Below, piece by piece: positions 16,732 through 27,958 of a stretch of 64,000 nucleotides of DNA. The notes beneath the pieces were generated by a model. That model made no database searches. It was not told the DNA's origin and saw nothing but the letters and a program-made list of their open reading frames with translations. Source of the stretch: an uncultured virus (IMG/VR IMGVR_UViG_3300025133_000079) (lineage: Duplodnaviria; Heunggongvirae; Uroviricota; Caudoviricetes); the IMG/VR virus record IMGVR_UViG_3300025133_000079. One strand, written 5' to 3'. How positions within the stretch are numbered: the first letter of the stretch is position 1; every line of letters begins with the position of its first letter. The position numbers and the translations under genes were made by a program.

Positions 16732-19128
16732 ATGTATCATATGGATATAAGCCCCCAGAAAGCAGGGGCAATCATGCGAAAGATGAGGCTGGCCAACAGG
16801 AGTGAACACCCTAATGGCACAGACCTACGGACGGAAGGGGTAGAGGTTATGCTCAGTACAGGAGCCAAGCTCTATTACAATGAAGGCAAGGGGTATCACA
16901 TTAGTGGATACACGCCGAGTGGCAGCGATGTGTCCCCATACAGGGGGAGCGAGGAGATGCACAAGCTATGAACACCGATAAGAAAACCGAAGAGGAATCG
17001 TTCATCCACCCTGTATTGGGCGAAGTGTTTGGGTACAGCAACATTGAGGAGTTCGATGAAGCTTGCAAGAAATGGGAGAAAGAGAACGAAAAACATCACC
17101 CCTTCAGCCAATGAAAACAGGAGAATGGTTTGTCACCGTTATGGATTCTGTGGGCGGCTGGATGTGGGCAGTCATGCGGCAAGAGGAGGGATACGCAGAG
17201 CCATACAGTACGGCTGATCTAAAGAGAGCCACTCGCGAAGAGGCGGTGTCGGACGCAAAAATTATCGCAAGACAAATGGAGATCAAACATGAGAGTTAAA
17301 TGCTATTGGAACCTAAACCAAGCCAAGCAGGGGAACTATGTGTTTTCTGTGCTGGCCGCTGGGAAGGTGATTGGGTACGAGAGTGTCATTGCCTTGGCGA
17401 ACGCAAGGTTTCATGTGAACCATAAGGCTAGGCTTAAGATCCTTGGCGGGGGAAAGAAGTCCGTTCATGCTTGGGTGACAGGTGATTGGATGGCGACAGC
17501 AGACTCGGAGATTCTCAAGTGTCACGGGTTGAGGGAGGCAACGTACAACCCAAGGCGGGACGAGGACTACGTCGATGTGCATACTGGTGAGAAACTTGCG
17601 GCTACATCTCCGCTGGTTGTGTTGAAGATCACGAAAGTGCCGGGATACAAGAGTCCCGATTGGCAGCATCAATACAGGGGTGCTGTGTATTACAAATGAA
17701 ACGCGAAAAAACAACATGGGTAGAAGAATACGAGTGGCGCACGGAGTGGTGCGGTATGGGAAAACGCAGGGTCTATGTGTATGTTGGCATGGTGATGGTG
17801 AAAGGATAGAAATGTAAGCTGATCTAAACAAACAAGGACTTCGACCTTCATAGGGTGCTGCTAGGCTAGACAAAGAGGCAATGCAGCACCCAATTGAGGG
17901 CCGCAACAATTCCCCCGGTACATCATGGAGTATGTGCTGGGGGTTTTTATTAACCACTCCAGAAAGAAACGCTAGTTATGCCAGAGAAAGTTAAGAAGAA
18001 AGTAAGGACAGATATGCACAAGGATGACATCGAAGTCATAGAGGAATCCTTTTACGGTCAGCCCAAGTGGATGATCTATGTCAAGGGATTGTTATTCACC
18101 TTCTTCAGCCGTGAGGATGACGCATTGTGTTATGTCGAACTCAACCTCATCTAAAAGGAAGTGCCGGCCAGAGCAAGGGGAGTTGGTGCTGGAGGATGCC
18201 AGGGTTCGCCCGGTTCCTGCGACACAGCCCGTTGCAGACTGGTGGTTTAATCGGATCAGAGTTACCCTAAAAAAGATCAAGTAACATATGAAAATGATAA
18301 CACTAGAGAGATACGAGGAGCTACTTGATGTGGCTCGCAAGGTTACATGGTGTGCATTCCTATCTGGGTTTGGCATAGGAGCGACAATCGCAGCCCTGAT
18401 TATCGGGAGGATGTGGCTATGATTAAGATGTGCTACCACATAGATATAACGCAAGACCCTGCTAAACACGGGGGCTATGTCCCAAGCGTGATCTACTCTG
18501 ACAAGGCGGGACACTACCCACTAGAAGGCAGTGGTTCTATGTCACAGCCTTGGATATGGGGGGACACATTGGATAAGGCGCAAGCAATCTGTGCCAAGGC
18601 TAATGAGAGACTCGGCCTCACCAAGGAGGAGGCACAAGACATAGTGAACAAGTCGATCACCCTATCGATAAGAAAGGATGGATTAAGATGAGCATATTCA
18701 AAACGCAAGAGCTTCCTCACGATGAGGCAGAGGCAGAGGGGTTTGCAAGGTTCAACCAAGGACCACACCTGACAGTAGATTTGCCCAAGGGTGGGTCTAC
18801 TATCACGGTCAGGACACCAGCAGGAGAGAGGGTCACCTTTGGCTTTGTATCTTATGGACCAGACACAGCCGGTGGATCACCTCAATGTGTAGACATCCAG
18901 CATCACGGGCCGAAGAGAAAGTATGGTAGTTCGTCGCTGTTGCCTGTGCAAAACGTGAGGGTGTTCGGGCTTGGGGATACCAAGTACGCATCTGACGAGG
19001 TGTATGAAGAGGCGTTGGCTACTGATAACGACAAGTTCTATGAGCTGCCAGATTCCGAGCGGCCACCCACGTTAACTTGTGTGCTGTTTGAACAGAAGAA
19101 ACTCGACAAGAGAATAGAAAAGCTATGA
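16732..19128 (+). other. Early small hypothetical genes (16732-16971, ~17109-17299, 17289-17699, ~17978-18153, 18347-18691, 18688-19128)
   Basis: Tightly coupled plus-strand ORFs. Confidence 0.6.
17912..17948 (+). terminator. Intrinsic terminator
   Basis: CCCCCGGTACAT / ATGTGCTGGGGG stem followed by TTTTT. Confidence 0.75.
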
Positions 19129-19727
19129 TCACGCCAAGTAAGATAACCGACTACCATCGCAGCAAGTATGAGCTGGAGGAATTCCTTATGTTCTGTGTGC
19201 TGTGTGCTGGCAAGAGCAGCAAGATACAGGCGCAGAAACTGGAGTACTTCCTTCATCACGACAGGTCACCCAACCTTGAGCCATACTGGGGGGCTACCCC
19301 CTTTGCGATGATTCAACACTGGGTAAGAGAAGGGATGCTGATGGATAGGATGAAGGAGGCGAAGCTGGGTAAGTACAAGCTGATGGAAAAAGCCTTTAGC
19401 CAGTTACTCCTTCTCAACCTGGACTACACGCTGGTTACTGTCCGAGGCGCGAGCCATGCAAGGCTTATACTTACCGGCGCATACGGCGTTGGCCTCAAGA
19501 CTGCGAGCCTCTTCCTCCTTCATTCGGTTGAGGGTTGCAAGATGGCTGTGTTAGACACTCACCTTCTACGGTTTCTTCGCAAGCTGTACCCCAAGGCAAG
19601 AGTACCGAAGGCTTCACCTCAATGCCCTCATAAGTACAGGCAGATAGAGGATATGTGGTTGGGCTTCTGCTACCGCAATGATCGTGACCCCGCAACCTAC
19701 GACCTAGAGATATGGAACAACAAATAA
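19125..19727 (+). CDS. Helix-hairpin-helix DNA glycosylase/AP-lyase-like protein
   Basis: GVGLKTASLFL (HhH with Lys), AVLDTHLLRFL (Asp), Y..IE. Confidence 0.75.
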   Translation: MITPSKITDYHRSKYELEEFLMFCVLCAGKSSKIQAQKLEYFLHHDRSPNLEPYWGATPFAMIQHWVREGMLMDRMKEAKLGKYKLMEKAFSQLLLLNLDYTLVTVRGASHARLILTGAYGVGLKTASLFLLHSVEGCKMAVLDTHLLRFLRKLYPKARVPKASPQCPHKYRQIEDMWLGFCYRNDRDPATYDLEIWNNK

Positions 19728-21244
19728 ACAGAGTCAGGAAGAGGAAAGGATACTCATTGGTAGACATGAGGTTGGCATCTTATGTCCGTGTCTGGCTGGC
19801 ATTGAAGAGCAACGCAACGGATGACTGCGAGTGGAAGGATAGTGATCCAGAGTTTGCATTCTTCGATGACCGTGAGCTGCATGACAAGGCTCCATTCACG
19901 GACAAGCACTTGCTCGACATGGTAAAGAAGCAAGCAGAGGTAGAGGGACACAAGTTCCCTGAAGACATCGATAAAACATTGAGCGTAATGCTCTACTCAT
20001 AAGTTATGTACAACGGATACAACGGAACATATGTCTCGTCTGCAGGAGCCAAGGGCAAAGCTGATTGGTTATTCTGCGACATCCCCGACAAGATACCTGA
20101 CAAGGAGTTCGAGAGGGAGAAGTACCTGTGGGAACATAAGTGTACTGACCCAAAAGCGTGGCTTGGCACGATCTACAATGGATGGGGCATCTCGCATGAG
20201 TACGAGGACATCGAAGACATCCCTGTTGATGTTAAGATTGAGGATGAGTGGTATCCCTCGTTCGTGGACAACGACTGTCGTGCTGGTGACGAGGAACAAA
20301 ACGAGTACTACCGTAATATGCGGCAAGGTGCTGCTGTTTCATACGGTAAGGTGAAAGTAAACGGACGCTGGGTGCTTAGTGGTTGGGAGAAGAATGATAA
20401 CTGTTACAAGTACTTCTATCACCACATGTACGAAGGGCCGAAGAAGCCACGGCCTCAACATCTATGGCCTCACAACATAAAAGAAAATGAAAGCTAACAA
20501 AGGAACACCAGATTGGTGGAAGAATAAGACCATCAATGATGAGCAAACCGTGAACAAGCACGGCAACATAGAGAGGGAAAGGTATGTTGATGCAAGTCGA
20601 GCCTTGTACGATTGGAACCTGTGCAAGGCAAGCGAAGGCTGGCAGCAGTACGACACAGATCAGGACGCTTGGTACTTCGGTGTATGGATAAACCCTGCCG
20701 GCCTGATGATAGTCACATACGCAGAGGGAGACAGAACCCTGACAATCTGCCCGTCGAAAGACAGGTACGACAAGGAGATCGATGCGATGAATGAGTTCTA
20801 TGGGGCGCAGCCGCCAATGGCTGTAGCTATAGGAGGAGGAACAACAACCAAGTACTACGACAACAACAGCGTGAATGAAGGGAGAGACAGACAATGAAAA
20901 ATAAAACATCAAAGCATAAGTTAAGCAAAGACCAGAAGAGCAAGCAGGAACACGCTCGCGTCTGGATAGAGAGCAACATCCTATTGAGGGAGCATGGGTT
21001 CACACCTGGCCGCTGCTTCGAGAAGGTATGGAACATGGGCAAGACTCCCGTGCTGGAGCTGCACCTGTTGGAGGATGATGACATCACCACGGGGTACGGC
21101 ACGGTGTCGGAGCGTAAAGGTAAGCGCAAGGGCAGCATCATCGACATCACAGGGTGGACGGTGAAGCAGTTCTTCGAGGGGTCCACTCACATCGAGGCAA
21201 CCTACAAGCAGGGGTTGATAGAGATAAGGGGGATCGATGGCTGA
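19712..21244 (+). other. Hypothetical genes (19712-20002, 20006-20497, 20487-20897, 20894-21244)
   Basis: Coupled plus-strand ORFs. Confidence 0.6.
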
Positions 21245-21995
21245 GTTCATCAAGCATGACATAGACCCAAGCAACCGATTCATCCTCTCACTCTGCGACT
21301 ACTCAGGCAGATGGTCACAACCATACCGGGACGCAGGGTACAACGTGATCCAGATAGACCTGAAGCGTGGCAATGATGTGCGCTTACTGGAAAAGTTAGA
21401 GTACAGGGTGACTGATGCCGGTGACATCCCTGAGCTAAAGGTTAACGACCTGTTGACTGATGATGAATACAAGCAGCTCAAGGCAGAGGGTTGCTTCGCT
21501 AGGGACAGTAAGCAGACCTACGTTGGAGCCAAGGCCAAGCGGGACGCAACCATCCACGGTATACTGGCAGCACCACCATGCACAGAGTTCAGCGCAGCGG
21601 GGGCCAGGTGGTGGAAGGATAAAGATCCTGCGCTACTAACTGAAGCCCTTGCTCTGGTGGATGCCTGTCTCCGAGCGGTGATGATCTACCAACCTCAATG
21701 GTGGGTGCTTGAGAATCCAGTAGGCAGGGTGCAGCGATGGATAGGTAAGAAGGCGTACACATTTCAGCCACATGAATTCGCTGGGTGGTTGCCCGAAGAG
21801 GAACAGTACGACGAACAATACACCAAGGAGACATGGTTGTGGGGACAGTTCGAGGAACCAAAGACAAAGGACTTACCTCCTGTGCAAGGCTCAAAGATGT
21901 GGGCTAAGTACGGAGGGAAGAGTGAGAGAACGAAGGAGCTGCGTAGTCATACGCCGAGAGGGTTCGCCCTGGCTTTCTTCAATGCAAACAAGTGA
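21237..21995 (+). CDS. Compact DNA cytosine-C5 methyltransferase-like protein
   Basis: LSLCDYSG (motif I variant), AAPPCTEFS (IV), LENPVG (VI), RS.TP.GFA.AF. Confidence 0.8.
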   Translation: MAEFIKHDIDPSNRFILSLCDYSGRWSQPYRDAGYNVIQIDLKRGNDVRLLEKLEYRVTDAGDIPELKVNDLLTDDEYKQLKAEGCFARDSKQTYVGAKAKRDATIHGILAAPPCTEFSAAGARWWKDKDPALLTEALALVDACLRAVMIYQPQWWVLENPVGRVQRWIGKKAYTFQPHEFAGWLPEEEQYDEQYTKETWLWGQFEEPKTKDLPPVQGSKMWAKYGGKSERTKELRSHTPRGFALAFFNANK

Positions 21996-22027
21996 TAGGT
22001 GATACCCTAAAAGAAAGTAAATAACAT

Positions 22028-23099
22028 ATGGAAACAAAAACAAAACCAAGGATAAACTTCGGTGGGCTGAAGAAGTCTGCGCCGAAGACAACATCAAACG
22101 ACTACGCAACTATCCCTGACCCAACGGGAGAGCTGAAGGCGTTGGCAACATCCGTTGTCGGACACAAGCCAAATGCTGATAGGTTTGTAGCTGGCAAAAA
22201 GCAACTCGCTGAAGCAGCAGCAGACCATGCGCTAGAGAACAACAACGGAAAGATAGAACCAGCTAAAGGTTACTTGATACAGACTGATGTGGGAGTGAAG
22301 GACATCCTTGCATTGCAGACATCAAAGTATCGGATGCTTGATGACACAAGTGTGCTGGCTGACATCAATCCCAAGCTGCCTGACCTGTTCCAAGAGATGT
22401 TCGAGATCAAGATCGATGGCAACCTGATACCATACGACAAGGCGCAGGACTTCATCGATGACTTGGTTGCACTGAAGGATAAGCACGGGCTGGCGGACGA
22501 GTCAGTCACATTCAAGGCAAAGAACAAGCCGATCGCATCCTTCCATGAGGCACGGCATCAGTTGTTCAGCGTGGAAGAGAACAAGAAGTTGCAGACTATC
22601 TGCCCATTCGTATCAACCATAAGGATCAAGTAATGAGTTGGCCAATGAAAGAAAAGAGAGTGGAGCTATGCAACACGGCAATGGCATTAGCTGAAGACTG
22701 TATGTTCGGCACATCTAATGACGGGCTATGCCTGTGGTGTGGTTCAGTACAGGGAGGGTGCGAACCAGATGCACGGAAGCTCAAGTGTGAGGACTGTGAA
22801 AAGAGCACGGTCTACGGAGCAGAGGAAGCAGTAATGATGTTAGCATGAAACAAGCAACATGGATCAACGCAGTGGTGTGTAATGCCACGGATAATGGAGA
22901 GGAACAGACAGCACTACATGAAGGCGTAATGATGGGGAAGTTTCTCCTGACTTACGATGACATGGAGACTGATGTTCACATAGCACAGCGCAAGCTGAAA
23001 GAGATAGTGTCTTGGTATCAGAACAACAAGGCAAGGAACGAGGCAGCATTGTCTCAAATATATAATCAAGTGTTCAACGTAGAGTTAATGAAAGGATAA
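22028..23099 (+). other. Hypothetical genes (22028-22633, 22633-22848 Zn-finger, 22845-23099)
   Basis: Coupled ORFs; CLWCG...CEPDA...CEDC in the second. Confidence 0.6.
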
Positions 23100-23102
23100 C
23101 AA

Positions 23103-23642
23103 ATGAAAATAAACAAAACATATAAGCTAGAAAAGGTAGTATCAAAAGACCCCAGCCGTGCAGCATTACAACAGGTATTGGTGGACGAGAAAGATGAGGT
23201 AGCAATAGCAACCAACGGCAAGGCAATGGCGGTTGTGCCTGTTGAGCTAAATGGTGACAGGTTCGAGAACGGTGTCAGGTTGTTGCCAACGGAGGCAATC
23301 ACCAAGGCTAGGAAGATTGCGAGGAAGAACGACCTGGCCTACATAGGACTCTACGGTGGAGCTGTACTGGATGACGAAACGGAGATACCAACTGAAGATC
23401 ATGTACCCTTCCCTCATTGGAGAAACGTCCTACCTAAGGATGCCAACTTGGATGGGGGTTTCAGCGTAGCCCTAGATGCCAAGCTACTTCACAACTTAGC
23501 CGAGGCAATCAACGACGGCAAAGAGAAGGCGCAAAGGACTGTTACCCTGCACTTCCATAAAGAAGCCCCAGGGATGAGTGCCATTAAGGTAACAACCAGA
23601 GGGGGTGAAGCATACGGAGTGATCATGCCATGCAGGAGATAA
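23103..23642 (+). CDS. Half-size DNA polymerase III beta-clamp-like protein
   Basis: D.SR..L..V, ATNG, FP.WRNVLP, LDAKLL, VIMP.R. Confidence 0.65.
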   Translation: MKINKTYKLEKVVSKDPSRAALQQVLVDEKDEVAIATNGKAMAVVPVELNGDRFENGVRLLPTEAITKARKIARKNDLAYIGLYGGAVLDDETEIPTEDHVPFPHWRNVLPKDANLDGGFSVALDAKLLHNLAEAINDGKEKAQRTVTLHFHKEAPGMSAIKVTTRGGEAYGVIMPCRR

Positions 23643-23905
23643 GACTATGAAAATAAACCTGTTGGTAAGGCATTGCGTTTACGACGATGGCGCAATGAAC
23701 ATTGAGATAGAGTTAGCAACAGGCAGATACAAGGGACAGGTCTACACTCCCAAGGCTATCCTTGAAGACTACAGTGAGTGGGAGGAAATACCGTGGGATG
23801 ATCTTGTGAAAGCGTACCCTAGTTTACAGAAGGATGTGCAACACATAGTAGATCAGTACACAGCAGCAGGATTGTACTAACTAACTAACAACAACAAATG
23901 AGACG

Positions 23906-23934
23906 GGCCGCTGGCATTTAGCTGGCGGCTTTTT
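23906..23934 (+). terminator. Intrinsic terminator
   Basis: GGCCGCTGGC / GCTGGCGGCT stem followed by TTTT. Confidence 0.7.
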
Positions 23935-23942
23935 GTATACCT

Positions 23943-24575
23943 ATGAAAGTAAAAGAAGCTAATGAAATAGTAGGGGCAGGGAGTGCAGCGTTAAGCGACA
24001 CATCCAAGATGCCAGGTAAATCTTTTGGCCTACCCGCCAAGAGATGCAATGTCGGCAGCAAACTGACCAAGGTAGCAGGGACTGTATGTTCCAAGTGCTA
24101 CGCTATGAAGGGTTGCTATTCGTGGAACTGTGTGAAGGTGGCGCAAGGGCGTAGGCACAAGAGGCTCAAGCATCCCAAGTGGGTGACCGCAATGACTACT
24201 CTGGTCAAGCGCATCCCATGGTTCAGGTGGCACGACAGCGGGGACATCCAAGGTGATTGGCACATGGATAACATCCTCGAAGTATGCCATAGCACACCCA
24301 ACACAACACATTGGTTACCGACCAGAGAGTACGGGGTCATAACCAAGTCGGTAAGTAAGGCGCGGTTACCAGACAACCTGACTGTTCGCCTATCAACAAT
24401 GAAGATCGATGCCCCTCCACCCGCAGTACTGGCCAAGAGGCTGGGTGTGGTGACGAGCGGTGTCGCTAAAGAAAACTCATTCGATTGTCCTGCACCCAAG
24501 CAAGGCGGCAAGTGTCTAGACTGCCGTGCCTGTTGGGATCGTGGGATTGAGAATGTTAACTACAAACTACACTAA
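23943..24575 (+). CDS. GP88-family (radical-SAM-related) protein
   Basis: SKMPG.S..LPA..C, CSKCYA, FRWHDSGD, CPA...CLDCRACW. Confidence 0.8.
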   Translation: MKVKEANEIVGAGSAALSDTSKMPGKSFGLPAKRCNVGSKLTKVAGTVCSKCYAMKGCYSWNCVKVAQGRRHKRLKHPKWVTAMTTLVKRIPWFRWHDSGDIQGDWHMDNILEVCHSTPNTTHWLPTREYGVITKSVSKARLPDNLTVRLSTMKIDAPPPAVLAKRLGVVTSGVAKENSFDCPAPKQGGKCLDCRACWDRGIENVNYKLH

Positions 24576-24959
24576 CAAATGACAATGAAAAAAGAATGCA
24601 AACATCAATGGATATACTGGGGCATGGTTGCTGGCGATATGCTGGTTCACAAGTGCGCGAACTGTGGCACTCCCTGCTTCAGTAACAGGAGCATGGAAGG
24701 GGTAGACTACAGCAGGAGCTGGAGCGAAACTCACGGAGAGGAGGTAGTAAATGAGCGATCCAGATAGTGAACTAACAGTAGTGTGCAAGATATGCAGGGC
24801 GGTAATGAGTAACCCTGAGTTCGACGATCACCTATGCCCTGGCCTAGTGCCACCGAGACAAGGCGAAGCATGGGATGACTACATGGCTAGATGTGCAAAG
24901 GAAAACCTAAAGAAAAATTACATGGATGTGGGATGACTATAGAGAGCGGAGATAAAACT

Positions 24960-25343
24960 ATGATTAGAAACATACTACTAACGCTGGCCCTGTGCTTAAC
25001 CGTGTCGTGCCGAAGTGCATCAACTGAATGCTCATGGTACGGCGAGAAGCATAGGGGTTTACCGATGGCCAACGGAAAGGGATTCAACCCCGACCTAGCA
25101 GTCATCGCATCATGGGACTACGACTTCGGCACAATCCTTGAGCTGACTTTCAACGGGAAGAAGGTTCGAGGTGTGGTGTGGGATCGTGGCCCTGCTCGTA
25201 GGCTGTACCACAAGGGGCGCAAGCTCGACATCAGCCAATCACTCTTCAAGAAACTGGTGGGTGACACAGATGTTGGTGTGGTTCAGGTAAAATACAGAAG
25301 GGTGGGACAGTATAAGTCCTACCGATACCCTATAATTAAGTAA
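24960..25343 (+). CDS. RlpA-like (DPBB) lytic transglycosylase with signal or lipoprotein peptide
   Basis: SWYG..H.G..MANG, FGT, DRGP, LDIS; N-terminus MIRNILLTLALCLTVSC. Confidence 0.8.
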   Translation: MIRNILLTLALCLTVSCRSASTECSWYGEKHRGLPMANGKGFNPDLAVIASWDYDFGTILELTFNGKKVRGVVWDRGPARRLYHKGRKLDISQSLFKKLVGDTDVGVVQVKYRRVGQYKSYRYPIIK

Positions 25344-25538
25344 CTAACATGAAATGCGAATGGTGTAACGGGAGTGGCCGGCAGTATGTGGAGAGCGAAT
25401 CGTCCCTCTGCTACTGCTGCCCTGATTGTAACGGAAGCGGCAAGGAACAGCCCGAAGAAGAGGAGTGCAAGATATGTGGTGAGTGGAAGGAAGTCGAAGA
25501 GGACTGTGAATGGTGTGAAGAAATGAAAGAAGTAAGCT

Positions 25539-26048
25539 ATGAAGATAACAATAAACGGGAAGCTTCCCCCCTACATAAAGCGGGAAGAGATACGGGCAAT
25601 CATACACTCAACTCAAGCGGTGTGTGCCTACCACAACAAGAGTAGATCCCCGCAAGAGGTGAAGCTCTCACTTGTCAGTGCGACTAGGGTGCTAGGCAAG
25701 AATGAAATAACGGGTGGCAAAAGCTGGGGCCGCGCTTGTTGGAGTGGTAACTGGATGAAGGTGTTCAATGGCATCAAGGAGAAGGATGCGTTCATCACGG
25801 TTCTAATCCATGAGATGTTGCATCTGTGCGTGAAGCATAAGGGCGGACAAGAGATGCCAACCTCAACCCTGACGGCAAGGCTTCATCCTTTGATAGTGAA
25901 ACTAGCTGGAACCTTGGCCAAGGGAACCTATCAGCGGTCAGCTTGGTTTGCTCATTGCAAGATCAGCTACAAACGAACCAAGGACAACGACTCCTACAAC
26001 GAGGACCAATGGAACAACGATGACGAAACAAATGGAACAAAACTATAA
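25539..26048 (+). CDS. SprT-like zinc metalloprotease
   Basis: VLIHEMLH motif. Confidence 0.55.
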   Translation: MKITINGKLPPYIKREEIRAIIHSTQAVCAYHNKSRSPQEVKLSLVSATRVLGKNEITGGKSWGRACWSGNWMKVFNGIKEKDAFITVLIHEMLHLCVKHKGGQEMPTSTLTARLHPLIVKLAGTLAKGTYQRSAWFAHCKISYKRTKDNDSYNEDQWNNDDETNGTKL

Positions 26049-26053
26049 GTAAT

Positions 26054-27958
26054 ATGAAACTAAAAAAATACACAAACAGAGATTGGGAATGCCTGTATCA
26101 CGGGACTGATCCTTACGAAACAAATAACGAAGACTGTATCTGCGGAGGTGACCGTAAGTATTTCCGCTGGAGATCAGATTGTTTTAACTGGAGATGGCCC
26201 GACAAAGACAGGGGTGAGGTTATGCCAGAAGGTATAATGACACCAAAGCCTGGTCGATTAGCGGTCGCGGATTGGAGTGGCAGATTCCCTGAAGACACAG
26301 AAGACGGGATACTGTGGGTGGATGAAACGAAACCCTTACGGATAAGTGCGGAGGAAGGTGATCCGTTTGAGACGCTACGCCGTACTGCTCATGTAACTGA
26401 AGTTGGCAGTTGGAGGGAGTACTACGAGATTAAGAGTCAAGGATACACCCTTAGCTTGACTCAAACCGAGTACGAGTTCCTTAAAGACAAGATAGGAATG
26501 AAGGTGGAACTAGGAAGAAACTTATGAACCTAATACGAATACCCAAAGTATATTACGATGACCACATTATGTGTGAACAAGAAGCACCTCCTGTGGTGAG
26601 GGAAACAAAGAGCCACTACTACATAAGTTCAGAGAAGGTTTTGTGTGAGGATGACATAGATAAGAAAGGCATGACTACCTTGGATGACCTATACTCAAGA
26701 GCAAAGTGTTACGGGGCTGTCGCAGTTCCCGGGAACCAACTTGGTTTCGACCCAGATTACTGGGGGCTATGTCGGTCAGCAAAGCATACAGTAATAGCAA
26801 TAGATAAACACAGAAAGGAACAGAAAGCATGAAGGATAATAAAAAATATAAACTGACTGTGGATGACTACGTCGTTCACGAAAAGACTTACTACGTCGAG
26901 GCGAAAACCGTGAAGGAAGCAAAAGAGAAGTTGTTTCGGGGTGATTGGTCTGCTTGTGGAGACAGCGAGAGTGACTACTTTGAAAAGACGGTGGTGCGAA
27001 CCGTTGACGTAGTCTCTGATCCTCCAACCACACGGGCCGGGTTGCAACCAATAGATAAACACAGAAAGGAACAGAATGACTAGAAAAAAATGTAGCGAAT
27101 GCGGAACACACGGAAGCGATCTTCACATTATGTGCCACGGTTATTGGGATGAGGACAATCAGGAGATGGCAGTTTGGAGTGAGGCAGATGGATACGATTG
27201 GTTTTGTGACACCTGTGGAACTGAGGTTGAAGTAGAAGAAGTAAACATGGAGGAAGATGATGAGTAAATGCAAACAGAAACGGACATGGCTAGGACTCAA
27301 CGCTTACGAGGACATCGCTATGTGGAAACCAGAACCGTTGAACATCAAGGCGGGTGCTGGAGAGGATTGGTTTATCAAGGAATGGAACAAGGAGATGAAA
27401 GGCGATTGGCCAAACCGTCAAGATACCCCATCACCTAACCAGCTCTTTATAATCCACTGGGAAACCAAGGACATTGAGGAACTGGCGGGGTATTAATATG
27501 AGTAAGAAAAATAAAGAAGTATGGAGCGGTATCACAGCATGGGTGTGCAATGATTGTGGTAGCACAGATGTGTTAGCTAAAGGCACGATGGTGTGGGTTT
27601 ATCACCGACAGGATTGGTTAAGTAACGAAAGGGAAAGCCACTTCTGTGAGAGTTGTGCTTCAGACAATGTAGGCCCAGTAGATATAACAGGCCCAGACGT
27701 AAAGGAAAGGTTAGGGATATGAAATATGTAGTAGAGATGATGATAGGTAACGAGTTCGAGGTTGCCTTCCATTCGTGTGACGGGAGCGGAGGACGTAAGC
27801 CGTTACTGTTCGACTCGGTTGAAGAAGCCCAGAAAGAAATAGATGACTGCAATGAAACGTGCGAGGAGTCAGTCAGGATGGGCGACATGGATACATCATT
27901 CCGAGATGACGAGTACAACATAAGGGAAGCAACAGAACAGGAGATCAATGGTGAATGA
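26054..27958 (+). other. Hypothetical genes (26054-26527, 26524-26832, 26829-27083, 27076-27267, 27257-27496, ~27498-27722, ~27719-27958)
   Basis: Coupled ORFs, several with CxxC pairs. Confidence 0.6.
26798..27076 (+). repeat. 28-bp direct repeat (26798-26825 and 27049-27076)
   Basis: CAATAGATAAACACAGAAAGGAACAGAA occurs twice. Confidence 0.9.
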
